From positions 1 to 33,416 of the forward strand of contig JAUCBJ010007682.1 of NCBI GenBank assembly GCA_032718475.1: DNA of 33,416 nt, written 5' to 3'. The notes below the pieces were generated by a model. It worked only from the letters and a program-made list of their open reading frames with translations, did not search any database and had not been told where the DNA came from. Numbering within the stretch: position 1 is the stretch's first letter; every line of letters begins with the position of its first letter. This document shows, piece after piece, positions 1 to 11,384 of this stretch. This DNA comes from Nemertoderma westbladi. Taxonomy: Eukaryota; Animalia; Xenacoelomorpha. Both the position numbers and the translations under genes were made by a program.

Positions 1-117
1 CCCTAACTACTCTATCTATATTCTATTATCTCTAACTAACTTACTCCCCCTAACTTTTTGCGGATGGTCTTGCAGTCTTTTTTTCGTTTTATAGTCCTAA
101 ATGGTGGTACCATATTA

Positions 118-1028
118 CACCATGTCCCAGAATATAGTGTCGTAATTCAGTGACACGCCCCCCCCCCCCTCCTCTCCAAATTTTTTTACAAATCTTAATG
201 AGATTGCATCAAATTTGAGACAGAGATAGTTTCACCTCCCTCCTCCTCCGTGGGTGAGCCAGAATCTTTATTTTCGCTTTATCATTCTTTAGCTTTAGTG
301 TTTGAAAAAGGTGTCTCCGTCGATATTGCACCAGTTACACCGATGTTATTCTTCAACCTTATGGTGATTTGGTGGTAGGCCTACTGTTAGATAGCTGGCC
401 ATGCAAGGGCTCCAAATATGTATCACAATATGAATTTCGTAGCAAATATTTGAGATATAAAGGTTCGAAAGTTGCATGCTTTTGCACTGGGCGATGCTAT
501 TTTGTTCTATTTGATAAATACAACATATTCTGGAACATTTTGTTTATCCAATACGTAGCTGGGCAACAATACACTTCCTCCTTAATCATATACTATTACG
601 TAGCTATTCATACGAATACAAAAGTTGGTGTACAATACAAAAATAGCCTCGTACAGGTAGGTGCAAAGCCATGCAACATTTGAACGCCCATAACTCGGCG
701 AGTTTAAAATGAAATTCAGATTGTTTTACATATTTGGAATCCTTGCATGACCAGCTTTCCATTGGTACCAACAAACAGCTATAAGGTAGAAGAATAACTG
801 CGGTGTAACTGGTGTAATATTGCTGGAGACACTTTTTTTAAACGCTTGTAGCTAAAGAATGAAAGCAAAAATAAAAATTGTGGCTCACCCAGTAAGTGGT
901 CGGGAGGTGAAACTACTCTGTTTCAAATTTCTTGCAATCTCATTAAGATTTATAGAAAAATTTTAGGGGGGGGGGGGGGGGGGGGGGTCCAGATACCTCC
1001 ATGAATAACGACACTCTGGGACACGGTA
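118..1028. mobile_element. Foldback MITE, imperfect palindrome over most of its length
   Basis: Left end TA|CACCATGTCCCAG vs right end CTGGGACACGGTA. Arms match in reverse complement: C-run near 158-169 vs G-run 966-987; AATCTTAATGAGATTGCA vs TGCAATCTCATTAAGATT; CCAGTTACACCG vs CGGTGTAACTGG; inner GTTGCATGCTTTTGCAC vs GTGCAAAGCCATGCAAC. No coding capacity. Confidence 0.85.
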
Positions 1029-1360
1029 TTTAGTATATATACGTAACGTTCCGGTAATGAAATACCGACATACAGTATACCAGTTGCCCAATTGTATTGT
1101 ATGTTCCTAGTAATTTACTATCAGTATTGCCTTGATCCTTTTTACAGTTCTACTGTAGTAGAACTAGAGTCTACTAAAGTAGAACGGACTAGGCTGTTGC
1201 ATTGCAATGGTGCCGGAAACTGGAAGGCAAAAATGTTGCTTCTGTATTGAAAGAAATAATTTACACTGTTTACATTACAACAATTATGGAGAATATCATT
1301 ATTATTATTATTTATGTATGAGCGAGCACATGATATTTGAATATGTGAGGAGAAGTGTAT

Positions 1361-2397
1361 AACAGATAAGAGAAATGCATACGGAACATACCGTCATAAA
1401 ATGAAACGCCACCCCATAGGAGATTCTGTAACTATCAAGTTTCAACTTCAGCGGATTGCAAATAACAAAATTTCGAGAAAATGTTCACTTTCGGTCATTT
1501 CGCCCTCTAGCGGTAAACAGGGGAACTGTAGACGACTCTGCCGCTATTTAAGTCTATGCCATAGTAGTCATCAAGTCGCAGTCTAAATGGATTGTAAATA
1601 AACAAAGTTATTTAAGATGTTCACTTTCAAATATTTCGCACTCGAGCAGTAAATGGGGAACTGTGTAGACGACTCTGCCACTATTTAAAGAAACAGCCTA
1701 CTGAATGCTGTAGTAGTCACCAAGTTTCTAAATGGATTGTAAATAACAAAGTTGTAGATGTTCGCTATCAGACATTTCACCCTCTAGCGGAAGACTGAGG
1801 AACTGTTTATGACTCAACGTACCCGTAAAGATTGAGCCTCTGCTGTAGTAGTAGACATCTGCCAGGTTTCAGCTCAAAAGGATTAAAACAACCAAATGAG
1901 TTCAGGTTTTCTCTATCAGACAATTAGCCCTCTAGCGGCAGACAGGGGAACTGTAGACAATTCAGTGACTCCTTAAAGATTGAGCCTATGCTGTAGTAGA
2001 TGCCTACCAAGTTTCAGTTTAAACGGATTGCAAATAAAGTTGGAGAAGATGTTAACTTTCAGACATTTTGCCCTCTAGCGGTAGTCAGGACGCATATGCT
2101 GGACGCATATCAAATCCAATCTTGGCGAATTAATGTCCGCCTCAATTTTAAAATCTAAATTTAGGGAAAGAAGCAGGTTACAGTCGCACGTCATTTTAAC
2201 CAAAATAATAAACTAACACAATAGAACAGGTTACAGTTTTATTTTTGAGAGTAGGCCTAATCAGCTGTTATTTGCGTCGAATTTCCCCTGGAGAGGGATG
2301 AATTTTTATTGAGTCGAAAGTCACCCATATCTGAGCCGATGACAAAGACACACACAGACAAGACAGACAATAATTGATATTCTCTGTATATTAGATT
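1361..2397 (+). mobile_element. Probable Helentron/HINE-like non-autonomous element with internal tandem array
   Basis: Internal ~140-bp units each starting CAAGTTTC, then a (GACA)n-like tract (2341-2370) and a TATATTAGAT end. This layout is typical of DINE-1/HINE-type elements. Boundaries approximate. Confidence 0.5.
1436..2088 (+). repeat. Diverged tandem repeat, ~140-bp unit, about 4.5 copies, each with a GCCCTCTAGCGG-type motif
   Basis: Units start near 1436, 1572, 1721, 1862, 2008 and share GGATTG(C/T)AAATAA, ATGTTCACTTTC, GCCCTCTAGCGG and GGGAACTGTAGAC. Confidence 0.9.
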
Positions 2398-2774
2398 TTA
2401 GATGTATGTTAGCCTGTTTCAAAAGTCGATTTTGTAACATATGCATGGAAAATTCGGAACTTTGGATAGCACTAGCTCAAACAGATTTGACTTAAATCAA
2501 ACAAAGTTTGTGCTAGGACATACATGGGAGTGTCGGCTTTCCACAAAATAAAACATTTGATTATATGCCTAGACATTCTCGTTTACTTGAGCTTAGAGTG
2601 CAAAGTAACGTATGGAACGCAGAAAAATGGCTAATTTGCAAGTTAAAGACATTCAAATTCCTGTGAGAGGTTTGATATATCTAGGTTTTTCTTTCTATTA
2701 TCTCATAGCCATGTATTCGAGGATCTCTGGAAAACATAAACCAATATTATATGATGAACATTTCAAAAAACATA

Positions 2775-3237
2775 CCCATTGCAGTGACTGAAATCCTTGG
2801 TAACGTATGGACAGTAACGTATGGACAAAAGGACGCCTTTTATATTTTGAGTTATATTGTAAAATTAAGGTATTGGAGCCATTTTGCAAGCAAGCCGAGA
2901 CACTATGACACCATAGTCACACTATGATATTATTAAATGCTGCGAGTTATTAATTACACCTTAATAAATCAGTCTGGCTCATGTCATTTACAGGTATTTT
3001 AGGAAGCAGTAAATACATGAAAAAAGTTAATTCTGTTGACTTCAAAATAAATTTTGATACTTTTTTTCGTCATTATACCGTCTTTGTAGTGTACACTGAA
3101 CATTGTGCATTGTTTTGAATCTAAAATATACCCATTGGAGTGACTGAAGTCGTTGGTAACGTATGGGCAGTAGGCCTAACGTATGGACAAAAGGACGCCT
3201 TTTATATTTTGAGTTATATTGTAAAATTAAGGTATTG
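2775..3237 (+). repeat. Dispersed ~100-bp direct repeat pair (about 2775-2876 and 3131-3237), probably inside a DNA-transposon remnant
   Basis: Both copies contain TAACGTATGGACAAAAGGACGCCTTTTATATTTTGAGTTATATTGTAAAATTAAGGTATTG; the motif TAACGTATGG recurs 5 times between 2600 and 3190. Confidence 0.8.
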
Positions 3238-3657
3238 TCAGATTGGAGCTACAATTATTAGCACCAATAATGAAATAATTTATAGCACAATGATTGGCAA
3301 TAGAATAATTAGTTGAACTAGGCTGACCTACTGTCTGTACCTTCTTTTTTATAAGAGCCATGTTTATATGAGCACAATTAATTGTCGCTTTTGTTCTTCA
3401 CGGTATCGCTTTTGTTTTTCAGCGTTTGTTAACGCAATATAAATACCGGTACAGTAGCTGAAGTGTAGGCCTACAGTATGTAATGTAATATACCTATGGG
3501 AAGTATGAAGTAGGCCTACAGATGTAGGCCAAGCAATAAAACCTCAACCGGTATACTTATTTTAACCAAAGACACTGATCTGTGCCAGTCACCACCGGTG
3601 GTAGTATCATGTACAACAGTCACACCATAGGTCGACATACACCTCAGCACTGTACAG

Positions 3658-4820
3658 TAGGGCGGTGCGTTTTTTACTTTTTTTCGATTTCATTGTTCTA
3701 CCGGTGCGCAAAAGTTGCCAAATGGTAAAAAATTAAGGCAAAAAAAATTCTCTAAATTTCATCGATATCTTGACGGATCCCAAGGGGGTTGAAATTTTGA
3801 GCCTTCGCGATGCGCCACATTAAATTTATAACAATATAACACATTAATGAAAGATCAATGACTCAAGAAAGAACTTCCTACATGCATCAAATGTTATCAA
3901 ATGGGTCCAAACTTAGTTAGAAACCAAAATTTTAATTTTTGGATCAAGGGAACTAGTGCCACAGGCATATGGACTGGACAGAACCTCCCATTTGGCGCAT
4001 GTTATGATATTTCTAAATTTTCGCGATGGCCAACTTTGAGTTCTCCTACTGCATTAATATTATGCTCATTAGAACCGCAATGGCCGATTTAGTGGGGGTA
4101 GACAACTTCAAAACAAACATAAAGTGAATAGTTCTTGAGATATCGTAGAAAATGTGAAGTCCGGCACAAGTCTACACTACCACCTTGATGCGATATGGAA
4201 AAATCCTCAAAAATTTTATTTTGAATTATCTCAAGGATTCAAGAATAGACACATTACTGCAACAATAATTGATTTAGTGTATACAGACACCTTCAAAATT
4301 CAACTCAATATCAAGTATTAATTGGTAGATATAGTCTTGACATTTTGTAAAATAACTCAATAACTAATGACTCTACTCTTATTTTAAAGGTGTCTATACC
4401 ACCCACTACATCGATCATTTCTGTGATGTGTCTATTCTTGATTCCTTGAGATAATTCAAAATAAAATTTTTTGAGGATTTCTCCATATCGCATCAAGGCG
4501 GAAATGAAGAATTGTGCCGGACTTCACATTTTCTGCGATATTTCAAGAACTATTCGCTCTACGTTTGTTTTGAAGTTGTCTACCCCCACTAAATCGGACA
4601 TTCCCCTTTCTTGAGTCATTGATCTTTCATTAATGTGTTATATTGTTATAAATTTAATTATGGCGCATCGCGATGGCTCAAAATTTCAACCCCCTTGGGA
4701 TCCGTCAAGATATCGATGAAATTTAGATAATTTTTTTGCCTTAATTTTTTACCATTTGGCAACTTTTGCGCACCGGTAGAACAATGAAATCGAAAAAAAA
4801 GTAAAAAACGCACCGCCCTA
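3658..4820. mobile_element. Young foldback MITE with long TIRs and 10-bp TSD
   Basis: Termini TAGGGCGGTGCG...CGCACCGCCCTA; outer ~210 bp almost identical in reverse complement; inner arms (about 4083-4300 vs 4380-4598) also inverted; flanked by CACTGTACAG at 3648-3657 and 4821-4830. Confidence 0.95.
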
Positions 4821-5494
4821 CACTGTACAGTAGTGCACTACTGTACTAACTCGGTCCGGTACAGTACACAACAACTTAGAACAGGATTATTATTATTATT
4901 ATTGTTTTTTGTTACGATTGGTTTTAAATTATCATATTGCACTTTTTAAATAGCACAATTGTATAACACAGGTGGCTTCAACTCTCTAAAAATTATTAAA
5001 TTTAGAATCCCCGTAAAATTTTGATATTAAAACATGGTTGAATCTCGATGTAAAATATTTGTTACAAGATGTTTTAGTCTAATATTAGATAAAATAATAA
5101 TACAGTAAGTAGGCCTACAGAAATAATCACTTTTAGGCTCATTCCATGAAAAGGTCAACCTCCCCACTAATTTCGAAAAATGAGATGTAGCTTTGAATTT
5201 ATACTTTTTAGGTCAAAATTTATCGTACTTCATGAATTCAGTGCTAAAAAATGTATCAACACAGGTGGTTTCTCAAAAATAGTCGAATTACAAATTATGC
5301 ACCTGCTCTGCACAAAATGTGAATAAAAGTGTGCAAAAGTTTCGTTTCCTGTGACCTTCCTATCACCAATAAATTAACATTTCTGAGTATGTACGAAATC
5401 AAAAACAAACCCATTTTCGAATTTTTTTGGTTTCATTTAATTTCACCAGTGTTTCAATCCTCTATAATGAAATCGATAAAGTTAATCATGTGAT

Positions 5495-6218
5495 GTCCCA
5501 TACTTTACCTAAAATAGTGAAATTTTTAGTTTATTCACAGAGATGTAACTCAGCCTAATCACCCAGTGGAATGCAAAGCACGTTTGTGTTGCGTCATCGT
5601 ATAAAACAATTAATTTCATCTTCACTCCCTCAGAAATATCATGGTGGCCAATTGAAAATTGTCCCATACTTTACCATTAAAATGGCGATTATATTAGTGC
5701 ACCGTATTTAATGTAATATGTGAAGCCAGGAGTGTTATAATACTCTAAGGTGATAGTCGGCCGTAAGAATATGAGTCTATATTTGAACTAAAAATCATTC
5801 CTCAGTCAAGAAATATTTGGGTTTATGCATGTAAAGTCCCATACTTTACCAAAAAATAGTGAAATTTTTAATTTATACACAGAGAAGTAGTCTAACTCAG
5901 CCCAATCACCCAGTGGAATGCAAAGCACGTTTGTGTTGCGTCATCTTAAGAAACAATTACCTGTAGTCTCATAACCTACTCCCTCAGAAACATCATGACG
6001 GCCAATTGAAAATTGTCCCATACTTTACCATTATAATGGCGATTACATTTTAGTGCACTGTATTAATGTAATATATGAAACTTGGAGGGCAGGAGTGTTA
6101 TAATGCTTTAGGGTGATAGTAGGGGGAAGCATAGAAGTACAGTATGTATTTTGAACTAAGAATCATTCCTCAGTTAACTAATCTTTGAGTTTATGCATGT
6201 AAAGTCCCGTACTTTACA
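5495..6218 (+). repeat. Two diverged tandem copies of a ~340-370-bp unit inside the TIR element
   Basis: Both copies share AATCACCCAGTGGAATGCAAAGCACGTTTGTGTTGCGTCATC, GGCCAATTGAAAATTGTCCCATACTTTACC and GTTTATGCATGTAAAGTCCC. Confidence 0.9.
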
Positions 6219-6336
6219 ACAAATTTCAAAAAATTTAGTTTTTTAGCAGATAAGAAGATCGGTAAGTACAGTAATTGATACATTTTCAGAAAAATGGAAA
6301 GAATTTCTAAACCTTTCACAGACTACATGTGTACCA

Positions 6337-8155
6337 TGTTAATCTACAGGAGCTAATAAACCAACAGGTTGATGCCATCAATGATGCTGACGACAGCAGG
6401 CAATCATCCCAGGCATGGAAATCGATCAATCTGCTTACTGGGCGGAAAAGCCAACCAACCACCAAGGTTAAGGCTGAATCACCAGCCGATCGCCTCAATG
6501 GTTGGAAAGCCCACTTTGAAAAGCTCCTCAATAATGACAGGGTATTGCCTGATAACTTTATAGAAGTAAAAGTGTCTGAGTCTGTACTCCCAGATATTCC
6601 CATTGGCGATATCTCCTTTGCAGAAGTGGAGGCTGCTGCAAAGAGCATTAAGACCAATCGTGCCAGTGGAGTAGATGGTGTTCCCCCTGAGGTCTTTAAA
6701 ATACCTGAGTGTTTAAAGCTCATCTATCCCATCATAGTAGACATGTATCGAACAACAAGAGTCCCACAAGAAATGAAAACAAATAAGTTGGTGCCAGTTC
6801 CCAAGAAGGGCAACCTAACACTCTATGGTTCTTTTCGGGGAATCTCATTGATCTCGATTGCTGCAAAGCTATACAATAGGATTCTATTAAATCGCATCAG
6901 GGATCCCATTGAGAGACTGCTCCGTGGAAATCAGAATGGGTTCCGTAAAGGTCGTGGGACCATGGAGCCCATTTTGGCACTTAGAAGGATAATTGAAGAA
7001 TTGTCAAAAAAGAAAGACAGGCATCTGGCTGTTATCTTTGTTGACTTCTTCAAGGCCTTTGATTCAGTCTCTCGCTCACGTATGTTCAGCATACTTTCAT
7101 TATATGGGATTCCTGATGAAATTATTGCAGCAATCAGATCAGTATACGATGGTTCGACAACATTTGTATCTACTGTTGACGGTGACACAGAACCATTTGA
7201 AGTGTTATGGGGTGTCCTCCAAGGAGACACACTTGCACCATTCTTGTTCATTATTGTGGTTGACTATGTTCTACGCATGTCCTTAGATCATCATAATAAT
7301 GATGGGGTGATGATAACTCCACCTACTGGCTCCAGAAGTCGAGGAAATCGTGCCAAGTACCTAACTGATCTAGACTTTGCTGATGACTTAGGAGTACTCT
7401 CAGAATCATTAGAGGGAGCCCAACGGCTCCTCGGCTCGTTGGAGCATGCTGCTTCTAGTGTTGGTCTTTTTATTAACTCCAGAAAGACCAAAATTCTGAC
7501 AGTTAACTTTGAAAGTCCTCAGCAAGTCTCTGATCGGATGAGCATAAGCTCAAAGGATGGTATGCTTGAGCATGTGGACGACTTCTGTTACCTGGGATCA
7601 TGGATCCGGAAGTCAGGTGAGGACCTTCGAATACGTAAGGGAAAGGCATGGGCAGCCTTGAATAGGCTTTCCAGGATTTGGAAGTCACCGAGAATTAATC
7701 GGAAACTTAAGGTCCGATTATTTAGAGCAGCAGTAGTTCCAGTACTCCTCTACGGGAGTCCATGCTGGGCTCTAACTGCTGAGGACACCAAATCTCTGGA
7801 TGGCACATTCACAAGAATGCTACGCCGGGTTCATTGTGTCAAGTACAATGCACACATCTCCAACCAGACACTATATAACATTGGAGGTGTCTCATTGGTT
7901 CCCCCAAGCTTGACACTAGAACAAAATCGCCTCCGCTTTGCAGGACATTGCTTTCGCCGTGAGGACCAGCCAGTGCATAATCTTGTACTTTGGCAGCCTC
8001 ATGGAGTGAATAAGCATGGTGGACAGCCCATGACTTTCTTGAGACGCATCTTAAAGGACACTGGCCTTAAAGATGCGGATGATCTAGCAAATGTCATGGG
8101 TGATAGGGAGTTGTGGCGGTGCAATTTTGTTAACAAGCCGGCACAGCATTCTTAA
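6337..8155 (+). CDS. Non-LTR reverse transcriptase, N-terminally truncated but uninterrupted (no genuine start codon)
   Basis: Motifs PVPKKG, FRGISL, QNGFRKGR, FVDFFKAFDSV, GVLQGDTLAPFLF, DLDFADDL (catalytic), FCYLGS and C-terminal RLRFAGHCFR, as in RTE-type LINEs. The ORF-track GTG start at 6329 lies inside the TSD. Confidence 0.93.
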
Positions 8156-8191
8156 AAATGCAGCTGCAATGCAGCATGCCGATAGTAGTAG
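6337..8191 (+). mobile_element. 5'-truncated non-LTR retrotransposon (RTE-like clade) with (TAG)3 tail and 13-bp TSD
   Basis: TACATGTGTACCA at 6324-6336 and 8192-8204; tail TAGTAGTAG (8183-8191); contains the RT ORF; no endonuclease domain. Confidence 0.95.
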
Positions 8192-9342
8192 TACATGTGT
8201 ACCAAGTTTGGTTATATTTCATCAATGATTGACGGACTTATTTCGGATTTTATCAAAATTTTGAAACTATCGGTACCAACAGACAGACTGTCTGATATGT
8301 GACCTTTAATTCCTTAAACCTCCGATTCTTTCCAAACTTTTGACAGACTTCATACGTACCAGGTTTGGTTTAATTTCATCTATAAATGACTGAGTTATAC
8401 AGTATTAGCGATCACAAATTAGACAGATGACAGACAACTCCTCAACGGCACCAATATGCTAAGACTTCGGGTCAATTTGTGGATCGCCCCACATTTTGCA
8501 TACATATCTTGGTTGGAAATACTTAGTTGCACTTTATTATCACTAATTATCCAGAAATTACTGTTAGGTTAAGTGTAAGAGACCATTTTGACCATAAAAT
8601 TCGTACAGGTCCCGTACTTTACTTAGCAATGTCCCATACTTTACCACACACACCACACTGTAAAAAATTAAGCAATGAAGCAATCATCAACTCAACACCG
8701 TACCTGCGCACAATTCGCTAAATTTTAGAATTGAAATCATAAAATAAAAAAAACTATTTCGTACGATCCGTACTTTACCTTAATTGGACAAGCTGGTGTT
8801 TTCTCAAAAGCGACTAAGTCCCGCCATAATCTTAGCGAAATCAAAGCTGATATTCGAAAGTTTGATCCAAGCACAATTTTTTGCACATATATGCTGTTTA
8901 TAACATTGTACAGGCAATCAAAGTTCAAAATTGTTTACGAATGTCCCGTACTTTACTTTGGAATGAGCCTGTAATATTCAGAACAGTAAAACAATAAAAA
9001 AACTGAAATGTTATAAACCTCTCCTTCCCTGCAGGCATTGAGAAAGCAGAATTAGTCTTGGACAGTTCGCAACACATAACCCACCACTCATCAAACCCCA
9101 CCCACCAACCCATCAACACTCCAGCCTGCTTGCTACTTTTTTGTGCCCAGCTAGCTACGAGTTCAATAATTACCTTAACGTTGCTATGATACAGATAAAA
9201 ATCCTTCCCCATCCACTATCATAGGCAAATTCGATCCTGCGTGGCGAATATGACATCTTTATACACTATTTGATTTTTAATCAATAAATAATCATACATA
9301 TTTATATTAAACACTCGAATAAAATAAAAACTTTATGAGAAT

Positions 9343-9849
9343 GCCGTTAGTGGTAACATCGAGTTGTTATTTAGCACTTTACAACTTTAGAGGACATTAC
9401 AGCATTGTATTTGCCTGTACATTTAGTATTGTATTGGTGGTATTAGTTAAGTAATGTCCCATTAGCGGACATTACAACACGCCGTCATGGTTACCACATA
9501 AACAATAGGCGGTATTTGCTATTAATGGGCTGACATTGTACTACTGCATTACCTATCGGTAGCTATTAAACCATTAGCTATACTATTAATATGGCTCCAA
9601 ACGCCACCATAAATATAAGCTAACTTATTTACAATATAATTTATGTGATTTTTACATTTATTTATACAGCAACTAATTTAATTTGTGCAGTTTCTATCAC
9701 TTATAATATATTATATACAATCATTTCGTAATGTTACAATTTTGGAATAAAACTACATACATACTTGTTGCAAAGTACTTTACAGTGTTCTGATCCTCGT
9801 GGCTTTATTTTCTCTCACTCACTAACGTTCGTTCGTGTATCAAAGCACT
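9343..9849 (+). mobile_element. Truncated copy of a dispersed repeat also present at 21225-21865
   Basis: Collinear with about 21258-21803 (GAGTTGTTATTTAGCACTTTACAACTTTAGAGGA, ATGGCTCCAAACGCCACCATAAATATAAGCTAACTTATTT, TGTTGCAAAGTACTTTACAGTGTTCTGATCCTC). Confidence 0.85.
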
Positions 9850-9930
9850 TTTTTTTTATTTGTACTTTATATGAATTATTTATATTTTATATTTTTTTTT
9901 GCTTATATAGACAAATAGGTTATAGGAATA

Positions 9931-10210
9931 GGTTCCACCTTGGTGTAGTGGTTGCATTGAATTCACATCTCCCGTAGGTCGTGAGTTCGAACCTCACATG
10001 GGCCAGGGCAGTTTTCGTTTCGGCACGAATGCTTTAAAGGGACCAGCCAGGGCGCATCTCTGCCTTGCATCCTTAAGTGGTAGCTAAATGAGTACTGGAG
10101 TTTCCTCTGGGGAGTAAAGTTCTGGGGGGACCGCACTGGAAATAAGTCGTTAGACTTTGTGCGTAATCCCTGGCCTAGCGGCCGAAGAAGATTTACTTTA
10201 CTTTACTTTT
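9931..10210 (+). mobile_element. tRNA-derived SINE with (CTTTA)n tail
   Basis: A box TGGTGTAGTGG (9941-9951), B box GAGTTCGAACC (9983-9993), central CTCTGCCTTGCATCCTT...TAAATGAGTAC segment, 3' tail TTTACTTTACTTTACTTT. Confidence 0.85.
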
Positions 10211-10227
10211 AAATCGCCTTACAGTGA

Positions 10228-10356
10228 TTGGTTGGTACTGTTAGAGAGCCGGTCACAAGGATTCCAAATATATAACACAATCTGAATTTGTCGTAAATTA
10301 GCTGAGTTATAAGCGATCAAATGTTGCATGCATTTGTACCTGCGCGAGGCTATTTT
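10228..10356 (+). mobile_element. Fragment related to the interior of the 118-1028 foldback element
   Basis: GGTACTGTTAGAGAGCCGGTCACAAGGATTCCAAATATATAACACAATCTGAATTT...ATGTTGCATGCATTTGTAC aligns with about 370-500 and with the reverse complement of about 640-770. Confidence 0.65.
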
Positions 10357-11384
10357 ATTATTATATTATTATTTAATTGTATTAAATGAATTACGCCATG
10401 ATATTGGCAGATAAGTACAGAGTACCGGTACACATTCAAATTAAGTAAGTAAAATAGGCGCAGCACAAATTAAAAGAAAACAACAAATTTTATTTAAATT
10501 TAATTATAATAAATTAAAAAAAGTATGTAAATAGTTAAAAAAAGAAGCTGAGTTTAAAACAACATGAAGACGCACAGGGAATGATGATTGGGGGGGGGGG
10601 GGGGGGGGGGGTAGTCGGATTTGGCAACCTTTTAGAAATGTTTAAAATATACCAGTGTACTATATTGTATACTAGGATATATATATTTTATTATATATTT
10701 TATTATTATATTTTATTGTTACTTTTTCGCTCGAATTTAGTCCAAAATCGGGAGAAAAAGTTTCACCTTTTTCCCTAGGGAAAAAAAGTAACCCATTGAT
10801 TTTACTTTTTTTCCTGGCGAAAAAGTAAATTAAAATATTTTTGGTGGAATTTCTTAAATTTTATTACATATATGGAAAGAGCCTCGACGTAGAAAAGGTT
10901 TGCAAGTATTTCGAGCAAAATCCATCACACACTCAAAAGTTATTGCAACTTTAGTGTGTGATGTGTGAAAGAAGAACTCCAAAACGGAACTCAATATCCA
11001 ATATTAGTTTATGTAGTTAAGCGGCTCTCTAGTTACGTAATAAATATTCGAGAACACTCAATTATTGTAACATTGAGTAAGGCTACATGGAAAGTTGAAG
11101 AGTACTATAATCTGAATCGCAGTAACTATGGAAGCAATATAGTAAAATACAGTTCCATTTAATTTGTAACACTACTGTACTGCAGTATTTCGCTAGGTTT
11201 TATTAAAGAATTGAGCAACAAAAAAGTACCAATTTAAAAATAAAATTACGTATTACATGGGAAAAAAACGTACAACATTTTTTTTTCAATATTCTATCGA
11301 CCCTTTATTAACCTCGCTGACGCTCGGTAAATAAAATGCCTCGAGAATAATGAAAAAAGTTATTTTTCAACCATTTTCTTCACT

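Larger units (their letters stand above)
6290..8496 (+). mobile_element. Helentron/HINE-like non-autonomous element interrupted by the LINE
   Basis: Removing 6337-8204 restores TTTCTAAACCTTTCACAGACTACATGTGTACCAAGTTTGGTT, a unit repeated at about 8330-8372 and 11965-12010. The 3' end CAGACAACTC...GCCCCACATTT is shared with 12061-12125. 5' boundary uncertain. Confidence 0.6.
5135..8970. mobile_element. Non-autonomous TIR DNA element (12-bp TIR) hosting nested insertions
   Basis: AGGCTCATTCCA (5135-5146) / TGGAATGAGCCT (8959-8970). The motif GTCCC(A/G)TACTTTAC recurs on both sides of the nested block (near 5495, 5661, 5836, 6015, 6205, 8608, 8631, 8943). No clean TSD. Confidence 0.7.

Noticed and set aside
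6329-6336. GTG start of the 608-aa RT ORF as a real, domesticated or stand-alone RT gene
   Set aside because: The codon lies inside the target-site duplication; the element is a 5'-truncated LINE lacking its endonuclease. No retron, DGR or group II intron features.
6316-7688. Short overlapping or antisense ORFs within the LINE
   Set aside because: Shadow frames of the RT ORF with no recognisable motifs.
10923-10963. Hairpin CATCACACACT...AGTGTGTGATG as a terminator or miRNA
   Set aside because: Eukaryotic context, too short for a pre-miRNA, and embedded in probable TE debris.
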